A DNA stretch of 64,000 nucleotides from Eledone cirrhosa. Taxonomy: Eukaryota. The notes under the pieces are model-generated. The model searched no databases, had not been told where the DNA came from, and saw only the letters and a list, made by a program, of their open reading frames with translations. Made by a program: the position numbers and the translations under genes. Below, one piece after another: positions 37,201 to 50,215 of the stretch. The stretch is from contig OZ024758.1 of NCBI GenBank assembly GCA_964016885.1, forward strand, positions 32,984,001 to 33,048,000. The letters are read 5' to 3'. Position 1 is the first letter of the stretch, and every line of letters begins with the position of its first letter.

Positions 37201-40082
37201 GAACTAAGGTCAATATAGTAGAACCATGGTCAATATAGTAGAACTATGGTCAATATAGTAGAACTATAGTCAATATAGTAGAGCCATGGTCAATATGCTA
37301 GAACTATGGTCAATATAGTAAAGCCATGGTCAATATAGTAGAACTAAGGTCAATATAGTAGAGCCATGGTCAATATAGTAGAACTATGGTCAATATAGTA
37401 CAGCCATGGTCAATATAGTAGAACTATGGTCAATATAGAACTATGGTCAATATAGTAGAGCCATGGTCAATATAGTAGAACTATGGTCAATATAGTAGAG
37501 CCATGGTCAATATAGTAGAACTATGGTCAATATAGTAGAGCCATGGTCAATATAGTAAAGCCATGGTCAATATAGTAGAGCCATGGTCAATATAGTAGAG
37601 CCATGGTCAATATAGTAGAGCCATGGTCAATATAGCAGAACTATGGTCAATACAGTAAAGCCATGGTTAATATAGTAGAACTATGGTCAATATAGTAAAG
37701 CCATGGTCAATATAGTAGAGCTATGGTCAATATAGTAGAACTATGGTCAATATAGTAAAGCCATGGTCAATATAGTAGAACTATGGTCAATATAGTAAAG
37801 TCATGGTCAATATAGTAGAACTATGGTCAATATAGTTGAGCCATGGTCAATATAGTAGAACTATGGTCAATATAGTAGAGCCATGGTCAATATAGTAGAA
37901 CTATGGTAAATATAGTAAAGCCATGGTCAATATAGTAGAATTATGGTCAATATAGTAGAGCCATGGTCAATATAGTAGAGCCATGGTCAATATAGTAGAG
38001 CCATGGTCAATATAGTAGAACTATGGTAAATATAGTAAAGCCATGGTCAATATAGTAGAGCCATGGTCAATATAGTAAAGCCATGGTCAATATAGTAGAA
38101 CTATGGTCAATATAGTAAAGCCATGGTCAATATAGTAGAACTATGGTCAATATAGTAGAGCCATGGTCAATATAGTAGAACTATGGTCAATATAGTAAAG
38201 TCATGGTCAATATAGTAGAACTATGGTCAATATAGTAAAGTCATGGTCAATATAGTAGAACTATGGTCAATATAGTAGAGCCATGGTCAATATAGTAGAG
38301 CCATGGTCAATATAGTAGAACTATGGTAAATATAGTAAAGCCATGGTCAATATAGTAGAGCCATGGTCAATATATAGAACTATGGTCAATATAGTAGAGC
38401 CATGGTCAATATAGTAGAGCTATGGTCAATATAGTAGAACTATGGTCAATATAGTAAAGCCATGGTCAATATAGTAGAACTATGGTCAATATAGTAAAGT
38501 CATGGTCAATATAGTAGAACTATGGTCAATATAGTAGAGCCATGGTCAATATAGTAGAACTATGGTCAATATAGTAGAGCCATGGTCAATATAGTAGAAC
38601 TATGGTAAATATAGTAAAGCCATGGTCAATATAGTAGAATTATGGTCAATATAGTAGAGCCATGGTCAATATAGTAGAGCCATGGTCAATATAGTAGAGC
38701 CATGGTCAATATAGTAGAACTATGGTAAATATAGTAAAGCCATGGTCAATATAGTAGAGCCATGGTCAATATATAGAACTATGGTCAATATAGTAAAGCC
38801 ATGGTCAATATAGTAGAACTATGGTCAATATAGTAAAGCCATGGTCAATATAGTAGAACTATGGTCAATATAGTAGAGCCATGGTCAATATAGTAGAACT
38901 ATGGTCAATATAGTAAAGTCATGGTCAATATAGTAGAACTATGGTCAATATAGTAAAGCCATGGTCAATATAGTAGAACTATGGTCAATATAATAGAGCC
39001 ATGGTCAATATAGTAGAACTATGGTAAATATAGTAAAGCCATGGTCAATATAGTAGAATTATGGTCAATATAGTAGAGCCATGGTCAATATAGTAGAGCC
39101 ATGGTCAATATAGTAGAGCCATGGTCAATATAGTAAAACTATGGTAAATATAGTAAATCCATGGTCAATATAGTAAATCCATGGTCAATATACTAGAGCC
39201 ATGGTCAATATATAGAACTATGGTCAATATAGTAAAGCCATGGTCAATATAGTAGAACTATGGTCAATATAGTAAAGCCATGGTCAATATAGTAGAACTA
39301 TGGTCAATATAGTAGAGCCATGGTCAATATAGCAGAGCCATGGTCAATATAGTAAAACTATGGTCAATATAGTAAAGCCATGGTCAATATAGTAGAACTA
39401 TGGTCAATATAGTAGAACTATGGTCAATATAGTAAAGCCATGGTCAATATAGTAGAACTATGGTCAATATAGTAAAGCCATGGTCAATATAGTAGAGCCA
39501 TGGTCAATATAGTAGAACTATGGTCAATATAGTAAAGCCATGGTCAATATAGTAGAACAATGGTCAATATAGTAGAGCCATGGTCAATATAGCAGAGCCA
39601 TGGTCAATATAGTAGAACTATGGTCAATATAGTAAAGCCATGGTCAATATAGTAGAACTATGGTCAATATAGTAGAACTATGGTCAATATAGTAGAACTA
39701 TGGTCAATATAGTAAAGCCTTGGTCAATATAGTAGAACTATGGTGAATATAGCAGAGCCATGGTCAATATAGTAGAGCCATGGTCAATATAGTAGAACTA
39801 TGGTCAATATAGTAAAGCCATGGTCAATATAGTAGAACTATGGTCAATATAGTAAAGCTATGGTCAATATAGTAGAGCCATGGTCAATATAGTAGAACTA
39901 TGGTCAATATAGTAGAGCCATTGTCAATATAGTAGAACTATGGTCAATATAGTAGAGCTATTGTCAATATAGTAGAACTATGGTCAATATAGTAAAGCCA
40001 TGGTCAATATAGTAGAGCCATGGTCAATATAGTAGAGCCATGGTCAATATAGTAGAACTATGGTCAATATAGTAAAGCCATG
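31254..40082. repeat. 8.8-kb satellite, 20-bp unit ATGGTCAATATAGTA(GAACT/GAGCC/AAGCC), ~440 units
   Basis: Directly visible and uninterrupted; includes a 2792-bp higher-order duplication. Confidence 0.98.
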
Positions 40083-41349
40083 ATTTGGAGAAAAAATACT
40101 GTTAGTAATGAAGGATTTTTTTTCTTTTTGTTAATTGTCTAATTCTTTAGTCTGCAGGAAATACAGTTCGCCTCTCTTTTGTTGCCCAATAATCCTTGCT
40201 CTTTCTCCCCCCATTCTTCTTGTTTATAGTATTTCTTTTCCTATATGTTTGACTGAATATTATATCCAATAAAATACGTCAGTACACAGTAAAAAAAAGG
40301 GATAAAATATTGAATGGGAACAAAATAGAGAGAACTGACATACTATAGAGGAAGAAGTAAGAATATTGGATAGAGTGGGGTTTGAGATGAGAAGAGTGTG
40401 AGCAAGTGTGGATGGGCTTGATTGGATGTAACATAAGCCAGCTCTGAAGAGCAAGCTGATGCTCCTATCATAATGAGATGACAGTGGGGGAGTGTTTATT
40501 TCATATGAGTATCAGAAGGTGTAGTTAAAATATTGCACAAAAAAGACACTTTCAGTTCTGAAATTGATCCTTATATGAACAATATAAAATTTTTTAAAAA
40601 CTGTAACTCATTAAAAAATATTGCAATGCATTACTGTTACAAATACTTGAAGAAATTACTTTATAGCAGTTACTTAATTTTCTTCAAATTTTACAGTCAA
40701 TTTTTATGCTCAAATTCATTTAAAAAAATAACAACTAATTATAGTTTTCTTATTGCATAAGAAGTGAAAAATCAGAAAAAGTTCCAACAACAATCAATCA
40801 TTAATAAATAATAATCTTTCTTTTAAGCTGTTATCAGAATTATAGGCTAAAATGCAAGCTGAGAGGCCTGATATGATTACGTTATTATTTATGAGTGAAA
40901 TTTTAAGCATTCGTATTAGTTAATAAATTCTGAGAAAAATATTCACTCTAAAAAGAGAAAAAAAATGAATAATCAGTAAGAGTTAAATAAATAGCTTTCT
41001 CTTAAATCTAAATATGTTTAAGTAGCCAGCAGATGGTCAACACATGAAATATGTTGGGGTGCGTTAAATCAACAAACAAAATTGATGAATATTCCAGGTT
41101 TTTAAATATTCCAGGTTATATTTTTAAAAGTAAAAGAATTTATTCAAAGCAGGTGGAGACTGAAGAAAGTTAGAGAATGGGGAAGGAAAATGGTAAAGCA
41201 ATAAACAACAGGGTAGTGATATTCATGTTCCTCAAAGAGGTATAAAATAGTTGCATCTAGATTTGGGAAACTTACAAAAATTGTGAATTACAAACAAAAT
41301 CAATTCAGAAAAGAATTTCATTATTTATATGTAGCCATAACATTTCTAT

Positions 41350-41620
41350 AGGCAACAAATTGGCAGAGTCGTTAGAACGTTGGATAGACTGCTTTGTAGT
41401 ATACATTCTGGCTCTCTGAGTTCAACTTTGTCTTTCATCCTTTCGAGGTCAATAAAAAATAGTACCAATCAAGTACTGGGTCGATTCTTCCTCTATATCT
41501 CACTTTCTATCTTTCTCTGGAAGAAATCTGCTGTACTCAGGCCTAGAGAGGGATGGGCTTCACCAGGCTTAAATCCCCAATACAGCACCGCTATGACTGT
41601 ATCAGGAGTTACAAACCATA
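41350..41620 (+). mobile_element. SINE family B
   Basis: Matches 18231-18560. Confidence 0.72.
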
Positions 41621-41719
41621 CATAGCATTTCTATATCCCAGTTGAATGTGTAGTTGACCAAACAACTGATTGCCCATCACCAAATTCCATCATAACCCAA
41701 ATAACTTACAATAAAAGTC

Positions 41720-42070
41720 TGTTAAGATATATACACTATGTAATATGTTAAGATATATACACTATATAATATGTTAAGATATATACACTATATAATATGT
41801 TAAGATATATACACAATATAATATGTTAAGATATATACACTATATAATATGTTAAGATATATACACTATATAATATGTTAAGATATATACACTATATAAT
41901 ATGTTAAGATATATACACTATATAATATGTTAAGATATATACACTATATAATATGTTAAGATATATACACTATATAATATGTTAAGATATATACACTATA
42001 TAATATGTTAAGATATATACACTATATAATATGTTAAGATATATACACAATGTAATATGTTTAGACACTA
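41720..42070. repeat. 26-bp minisatellite (tgttaagatatatacactatataata), ~13 copies; degenerate units resume at ~42747-42905
   Basis: Directly visible. Confidence 0.92.
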
Positions 42071-42199
42071 TATAATATATTTAGATACAGTGTAATAGGT
42101 AATGTTCAGATACATACTCAATATAATAAATGAAAAAGAAAATGATCGCTCTACATGGCTGGATACAATAGATGTAATCTGAGTTTTTCGAATATTAAT

Positions 42200-42378
42200 C
42201 ATTGTTTCTACTTTAGGCACAAGGCCAGCAATTACCCAGTGCATTACTGGTACTTTATTTTATTGACCCCGTAAGGATGAAAGGCAAAGTCAACCTCGGC
42301 GAGATTTGAACTCAGATCGTAAAGGGACGTAACTATGCTGGAAAGCATGGCGTCCGACCCTCTACCGATACTGTCATA
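42200..42378 (-). mobile_element. SINE family A, internal-deletion subfamily
   Basis: The ggccagcaattacccagtg junction lacks the ~30-bp G-rich segment. The same junction is seen at 46590-46770 and 54921-55109. Confidence 0.8.
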
Positions 42379-42907
42379 TTAATAATAATATTCAATTAGT
42401 TTGCAATTATGCAAACAGCCTTTTGTTTAAAGCCATGTCAGTAGAATGAACCCTTCCTTCTTGCTCTTGTGTTGGCATGTAAACAGAACTGCAGACACTG
42501 TTTCTGGGTATCACCCTTCATCGGTACAGCTCACTGTTCACCTGCCAACTGTCAGAGCTAGTGAAAATATATGATATTTTCTAAAATATACAGTGACTGA
42601 TCAGCCTGATTTGCATATTAGCAGACTGGCTGATCAGTCAGATTTGCATATTAGCAGATCCACTGATCAGCCAGATTTCCATATCAGTAGACTGGCCAGT
42701 CAGTTTCCTGTATTTGCCAACTTCAAATAAATGAAAAGAAAAATGATGTTTAGATATATATAAATATATATACATCATATAATGTTTAGATATATACACA
42801 AATTTAATATGTTTAGATATTTGTACAATCTATTAAGTTTAGATATATACACAATGTAATATGTTTAGATATATACACAATATAATATTTGATGTTTAGA
42901 TACATTA

Positions 42908-43250
42908 AGGTCCCCTTCGATCACGAATGACCTTGGGATTTGCACTCACAAAGTTCCCCTCCGAGGCACATTCTGAGCCAGGTTGTTTGTGGAAGACCAG
43001 CAGTCACTCGTGCATGCCAGTCTCCTCTCTCCACGTCACCGATGTTGTCCAAGGGAAAGACAAAGGCTGATACAGCTTGGCACCAGTAATGTCACAATTC
43101 ATTTCTATTGCTGAGTGAATTAGAGTGAACTGGAGCAACATGAAATAAAGCATCTTGCTCAAGGACACAACACAAAACCCAGTCCAAGAATTGAACTCAC
43201 AACCTCATGATTGTAAGCCCAACGCTCTAACCATTAAGCCATGCACCTTC
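42908..43250 (-). mobile_element. CORE-type SINE with a distinct 3' body
   Basis: tgaaataaagcatcttgctcaaggacac..gaattgaactcac..ctctaaccattaagccatg. Confidence 0.72.
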
Positions 43251-43359
43251 ACTATGTTTAGATATATACATAATCTAATATTGAATAGGTCTATTCTTTT
43301 AAGAGCCAAAGCAGTCTGTTATCAATGTTTGTTGTGACTAGCAAGATTGCTGGGTATAT

Positions 43360-43545
43360 AAGACCAACAATTTGGGGAAGAGTAAAGTCGATTAAATCAA
43401 TCTCAGTGCATTACTGATACTTTATCTACCCTGCAAGGATGAATATAAAACTAACCTCAGTGGGATTTGAACTCAGAACATAAAGGGATGTAATTCTATG
43501 CTTCAAAGCATTTCCAATGCTCGACCAATGCTGCCAATCTATCCC
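43360..43545 (-). mobile_element. SINE family A, degraded
   Basis: Matches the consensus. Confidence 0.68.
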
Positions 43546-44663
43546 AATGTATTAATAATGAAATGGTTAACATGCATGATTAGACAACAGAATATGCCTC
43601 AATCCATTTCCATTTGATAAAAACAGCAATCAGTGTCTTTTAAATGTTATTGTTTGAACTCATTTACATGTTATTCCTGTGGAAATATGTGAAGCAAGTA
43701 CTTAACCTCAGTGATTTGTGGTTTTTTCTTATCTATTTAAAAAATAGGTCATTTATGCTTTATCTAACCAAAATGATCTTACAGAACAATAGAAAACCTA
43801 CATGCCTTCCTGCAACACAGAAAGAAGCAAAATAATTGTATACTAAGAACTGCAGTAACATTACAATAAGATTTTGTTGAATATCTTCCCCATCCAACAC
43901 TTTAATATTTCAAAGTATTACAATCATCATTAATATATTTTTCGAACAAAAATTGTTGACATAAGTTGGAATCAATAACTCAAATACTTAGAGGAAATCT
44001 TTAAGATATCTGACAGCTTAAGAGCCTGCATTCAATTGAGAGGAATTGAGAGAATAAAGTGAGAATGGCAAAGATTAGGAATTGATTTCATCAATATGTT
44101 GATATGAAATCAATAGTTGTCAAAAAGCATTTGTCAGAAGAGATATATCATCTATTTCAAGTTTTAAAAAATATATATGATATATACAGAAACAGCCAAC
44201 ATAAAACGATTATCTACAAGCACCTGTGAGCACATGTGTTTTTAATAAAGAAAAGCTCCCCAGACTCCCCACAAACGTAAATTCCTACAATTAGAAGAAA
44301 TTGCATCAAAAATATTATTTCTAAGAAAATACTTGTAATTGTGCAAATATATATTTGAAATCAAATGTAATATTTTCATAAACCAATTAGTGAAAATAAG
44401 AATACAATAAAATTAACTATGATTATTAAAAACATATGAAAGTAGGTATTTAATAGTTCATTGTATATATTGTTAGCATTACTGTAAATGGAAAAAAAAA
44501 TAGATTGTAAAAGAAAATGGAATTCAGTAAGAATTTGATTCGTTTTTAAGTTAAAAAAGACAAAATTATGAGTGAGTTGTGAAGATAACTTTTGTTGCTT
44601 TTTGGGGTGTATTTTAAATGGCTAAAATGGTGGCTCTACTCTGATGTAATTGTTTCAGTTTGA

Positions 44664-44812
44664 ATGTGTGTGTGTGGTGTGGTGTGGTCTGGTGTGGTGT
44701 GGTGTGGTGTGGGTGTGTGGTATGTGTAGGTGTGTGGTGTGTGGTATGTGTAGGTGTGTGGTGTGTGTAGGTGTGTGGTGTGTGTTGGTGTGTGTGGTGT
44801 GTGGTGTGTGTG
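44664..44812. repeat. GT-rich compound microsatellite
   Basis: Directly visible. Confidence 0.9.
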
Positions 44813-46254
44813 CATTGCTTAGTGGTTAGGGTCGGCAGATTGAATGCAAAATCTCTCACCCAACTAACTGGATGAGAGATGTTAACCTAGGTGTACTACT
44901 AACTGAGCCATCTAAGTTAAGGACTGGTGCGGTAAGAGAATTATCACTCCCCACTATATCCATGCCCAGCTCCTAAAGCTCCTAGATGCTTTCACTATCG
45001 CACCCTCGTAGCTGCTCTCTTCACTCCAATGCCCCATCAACTGTCACCCCATAGCTATTCTCTCTGTTACTACACCTCTGATTCCTGGCACTGGTGAATG
45101 TCACCTCCACTCCACCTAAGTGCTAATGACCAAACCATCCACGCCCCCCACCTCCATCACTTGTGTCCTCACCCTAACATCCCCTTCCCCACTCATCCTG
45201 TCATAACACCACACTTGCCATAACTTCATACTTTCTCCCTCCTATTGCTCCCCACAGAGCAGAAAGGGTTCTTCTGTTGGGACAAGGAGCAACCTGATAC
45301 ATCCTGTAAGGCCACTGGAAGGACATCCTGCTGAAATGACCAGGCCTATATAACAAAAACAAAGGGAGTTGAGAGGACCCTTCAGTCATGTCTTAGTGCA
45401 ATAACTTCTTTTTTTTTATGGTTTAAAAGAAAATAAGTCATAATACCTAAAATTTGTTTAACCTTAAACTTCAATAGCCTTGCTGCTGGTAAAAAAAAAT
45501 GAAGTCTATAATACAATTTATAAAGCCAAAGTCTTGACTTTTAAGCACTGAGAGAGAGTGTGGTGAGGATCGTGTGCTGAAGTGCAGAAATACTATAAAA
45601 ATAGCTTATAAAATAGGCTAAAAACCCTTAAAAGGCAGAAAAAGAAGTTGCAACTGGTTGCTATGAGGACATATTGAACCCCATATCTCACAGAATCTGG
45701 CAGATATGGGGTTCAAGTCCTCACAGCAGTCAGTGACAGCTTCTGTAGTGTTTGAAGTTCAATTATTTAACAAGAATTTTCTAGCATTTTCTTCTCCCTA
45801 TTTCTCAGCTTAGTAGATGAAAACACTTAAATGGTTTAGAAATACACAAATAAGGGTATCTGAAGCAGAGATTCCAAGTCTTCCTATATTATCAGTATAA
45901 GAAAGAAGCCATGGAATATGTGACAAAGCCACCCCCCCCCCCCCCCACAAAAAATTGATAGTAAAATAGGAAGTTGGCTTATATACACCATCTAAACAAT
46001 GTGTTGGTTAGCTGCCTCAGTTTATAAACAGGGTTAGCATTTTTGCCTATTTCTCAGACATAAAATAAGGAGTCAGCTTATATTCAATTATATATGGTAG
46101 GTATCTTTTCTCCAATTTAGAATTGTTTTATTAAAAGCTTTTTATGTTAAAAATATTTTCAGCATTGGAAGTATGTTTGGATCGCAGCAAGTGAAGTTTG
46201 CAATTGAAATAGAAGCTTCACTGTAATATTTTGACTAAACACTATAGTTTAATA

Positions 46255-46462
46255 ATGCTTTCTACTTTAGGCACAAGGCCAGCAATTTTGAGGGAGGGGA
46301 AAGTCAATTAAATCGACCCCAGTGCATTACTGGTGCTTTATTTTATCAACCCCGTGAGGATGAAAGGCAAAGTTAACTTCGGCGGGATTTGAACTCAGAA
46401 CATAAAGGGCCATAACTAAGCCACAAAGCATGGTGTCTGACACTATCAATACTGCCAACCCA
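46255..46462 (-). mobile_element. SINE family A, full length
   Basis: Matches the consensus. Confidence 0.82.
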
Positions 46463-46589
46463 CGGGGCACAGAAACCCACTGAACAGAAAAAGATGGGCA
46501 TGTCCCATTATTAGACTATATTAAATCAAAAGGTTACAGTGAAAATTCTATTTTAATTCCTATTTAAGGAATTATCCTCAAAACAATAA

Positions 46590-46770
46590 TTGTTTCTATT
46601 TTTGGCACAAGGCCAGCAATTAACCCAGTGTATTACTGGTACTTTATTTTATCAACCCCCGTAAGGATGAAAGGTAAAGTCAACCTCGGTGGGATTTGAA
46701 CTCAGATCAAAAAGGGACGTAACTATGCTGGAAAGCATGGCGTCCGACCCTCTACCGATACTGCCAATGT
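46590..46770 (-). mobile_element. SINE family A, internal-deletion subfamily
   Basis: Near-identical to 42200-42378. Confidence 0.82.
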
Positions 46771-47195
46771 TACGTAGAATGAGTTCTTTTTGATTCTTTT
46801 ACAAAACCAGAATAAAAATATTCCACAAAAAGTTCACAAATAAAAACAAGAGAATTCTTTTCTGCATATGTTGTCAATATTTGTAAGTATTTTATAATTC
46901 TAAGTATTGGAGCTAACCAATACCAAAATCTGGTGCTGTGCTATGGAACTCTGTGTATTTTGTGGTGCAGCTGATTTCATTTTACTTCTAACCAATACAT
47001 CACATACTATATATCATGTTGATATATATCTGGTTTGTGTATCTAATATCAAAATAACTTGCTAAAAAGAAAAGAAAAGAAAAGAGAAACATTTTGAACA
47101 ACAAAAACAAAACAATTTATTTTAGTTTCAGTAATTTCTGAAATACTAGATCAAACTCTCTTCCAATCAACCAAGCAAACATTTTAGAGATTTGG

Positions 47196-47196
47196 T

Positions 47197-47232
<36 letters not shown>

Positions 47233-47451
47233 CAGTGGTAGTAATAGCAGTAGTAGTAGGAGCAGTAGTAGTAGTAGGAGCAGTAGTGGTAGTAGCAGCA
47301 GTTGTAGTAGTTAGTAGTAGTTAGTAGTAGTAGTAGTAGTAATAGTAGTAGCAGCAGCAGTAGTAGTAGTAGCAGTAGTAGTAATAGTAGTAGCAGCAGT
47401 AGTAGTAGTAGCAGTAGTGGCTGTTGTTGTGGTGGTAATAGTAGTAGCAGC

Positions 47452-47507
<56 letters not shown>

Positions 47508-47703
47508 CAGCAGCAACAGCTGTAGTAGTAGTAGTAGTAGTAGTAGTAGCAGCAGCAGTAGTAGTAGTTGTAGTAGCAGTAGTAGTAGTAGTAGCAGAAG
47601 CAGTAGTAGTGGTGGTGGTAGTAGTGGTGGTGGTAGTAGTGGTAGTGGTAGTAGGAGCAGTAGTAGCAGTAGTAGCAGTGGTAGTAGTAGTAGTAGTAGT
47701 AGT
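47196..47703. repeat. (TAG/CAG/TGG)n trinucleotide microsatellite, ~500 bp
   Basis: Directly visible. Confidence 0.95.
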
Positions 47704-47974
47704 ATACAATATCACAACTTGTATATTAGTCATTTTGGATTTTGTATCAGAAATTCAAAATAATGTTAACACTAGAAACTAGTAGTGACACAGTTGAAAT
47801 TAATGCATGCAAGATTTCATAGCTCTAGCATCACTCCTCCATAGTCAGCCTATGAACTCACTATAAACAATGGAATTACAGTATCATCTGCTTTGCATTT
47901 TATTAGATAACCAGAAGTTGAAATTGGTCAAGAGAGTACACACAGGTGGTTGCTGTACCAGTCTACAATAGTAG

Positions 47975-48163
47975 AGTGAAAAGTTCATAGGCTGACTATG
48001 AAGGAATGATGCTAGAGCTATGAAATCTTGCATGTATTAATTTCAACTCTTCTTATTAATAACTGCAGTGTTTCTTTCCAAGGACTATATTGAAAAATAA
48101 ATCTCATTTGGTCATTCCATGAGAGTATCTTGGTCAGCCTATGAACTTTTTAGCCGACCCTTG
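47975..48163 (+). mobile_element. mariner-like MITE family M, with an inverted partial copy at ~47793-47860
   Basis: tgaaaagttcataggctgactatgaagg..cctatgaactttttagccgaccct. Confidence 0.8.
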
Positions 48164-48239
48164 GAAATAAGGTGTCTCAATTTCTCAAAAAAGCTTTGAT
48201 AAAATGTAATACACATCAATGACAGGCTGTTGTTTTTAA

Positions 48240-48570
48240 TACTTTTGATACCAAGCCATGTGAAACCACCCGTTTTATGATATAGATCTGCTCCTTAAAA
48301 GTGCTCATACTTATATTAAAATATTTCATCATAATTTTATTTAAGAAAATTTTGTTAAGTAATGCTCTGAACTAGCATATGTTGAGTATATAAATATAAA
48401 CGTGTAAATACAAACACACAAACATACACATTCACACACATACATTTATACAAATACACACAGTGTAGCAAATGGAACACCAGCCACTGTTTTGCTATAG
48501 TTTTTTCACCATCCCCTTCCTTCCTTTTACACACACACACATTGTGTGACGGAAGTTGCTCAAATTTATA
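48240..48570. mobile_element. piggyBac-like MITE P2, partial
   Basis: Homologous to 5489-5920. Confidence 0.55.
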
Positions 48571-49110
48571 TAAAGATTTCTGACAAGTATAACGCCAGAA
48601 ATTTTGGAGGAGGGTGTTATCAATTTAATTTGTTCCAATACTTAATTTGTATTTTATTTTAACAATGCCCCCCCCCCCCCCAGAAGAAAGGAAGACAAAA
48701 TCACCCCCAGGTAGATTGTTTAAATGATTTAATGACCTATACAATTCTAAATGCTCCTTACAATAAAATTTCTGTAATGTGTTGAGTGAATCACAGAAAA
48801 ATTCAATGAATGATCACTAAACTAGCCACCAACTTACCGAAGACAAAACATGACTAAAAGATCTATTTTATTCTGGAATTGAATAAATATGTCTTGGAAA
48901 ATATCAAGTTAAAGAACTTCACTTACTTTTTACTGTTAGAATAATGAAATTGATAAAAGTTTCAATAGTCTACAGATGAAAATTGAATAAAATCAAGTTT
49001 CTTGCCTTTCATTTCGAAATTCGCTTCAATATTTCTTTATTATTTTATCAATAAAGTAACGACTGATTAAATTAACCCCAACGGATTTTAAAGCCTGATA
49101 ATATTAAGTA

Positions 49111-49633
49111 GAGTGGAACCTTGGTTCACGAACACCTCATCACAAAAAACTTGGTTCACGAACAACTCTCATCACAAAAAACTTGGATCACGAACAACTC
49201 TCATCACAAACAACTTGATTCACGAACACCTCTCATACAGACAACTTGGTTCACGAACACCTCTCATACAAACAACTTGGTTCACGAACACATTTCATCA
49301 CAAACAACTTGGTTCACGAACACATTTCATCACAAACAACTTGGTTCACGAACAATTTTTTTGACCATAAAACGTTTCAGGTGACGAACAGTGAAACAAG
49401 TAACAAACATACATGCCGACAAAACAGTTTCCCACTGAGATTATCAGTGGGAAAGCGTCACTTGCTGTGTAGTTAGTTATTATGGTGACATATATCTGTC
49501 TTTCACACACAGTCTCTCTTTCACTGTATTTCTTTTAACATTTTGTATGGGAAAAATAGTTTCGGTTTATGAACATTTGGAGTGATAAATGGCCTCCAGG
49601 AACAAATTAAATTCATGAACTGAGGTTCCACTG
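49111..49633. mobile_element. pogo/Tigger-like MITE T1 with ~30-bp subterminal motif expanded to ~8 copies (49121-49355)
   Basis: TA flanks, (C>G)AGTGGAACC..GGTTCCACTG termini, repeated cttggttcacgaac unit. Confidence 0.78.
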
Positions 49634-50008
49634 TATTTCTTTTCATCAATAACTTAGTGAGAAGAGGGTGTATATAGTCAATTACTGCAAGCATGTAGCA
49701 TCAAATCAAGTTCACAAATCACTGCATTGAAAAGTTTTTATTATTATTGTGGGATTGTATTTTCATATAAAACTAGATTTATTTTTCTTATATTTTAGAT
49801 AAAAATATAAGGAAAAAAATAGAAAGTCAACTAAAAGTAATAACAACAAAAACAAAATAAAAGTCTCTTTTCCAGGCAACTTACTGTAAACCACTATTTT
49901 TTTTTTTTTTGCAACACCAAAGTAAGAAATAGAACTTGTATCCTTAGAATTTTCACTAACACTGTTTTCCTTCAATCTTGCCTTCTATTAAGCCAATTAG
50001 GGAACATA

Positions 50009-50215
50009 TATGAGAGTAGGCTGAAAAATGTATAGACTGACTATGAAGGGGTGACGCTAATGCTGTGAAATCTTGCATGCATTGCATTAATTTCAACTCT
50101 TCTTATTAACATCTTCATTGTTTTTTTTTCAGGGACTAATGTTGAAAAATAAACCTCATTTGACCATTCCATGAGAGTATCTTGGTCAGCTTATGAACTT
50201 TTCAGCTGACACTTG
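50009..50215 (+). mobile_element. mariner-like MITE family M, degraded
   Basis: Interior matches 16583-16792. Confidence 0.72.

Noticed and set aside
31254-40082. CRISPR-like appearance (constant core plus variable 5-mer)
   Set aside because: The variable part is only 5 nt with a few recurring alleles. There are no unique spacers, leader or cas genes, and the context is eukaryotic.
47196-47782. poly-Thr (mucin-like), poly-Val and poly-Leu ORFs
   Set aside because: These are translations of a (TAG)n microsatellite.
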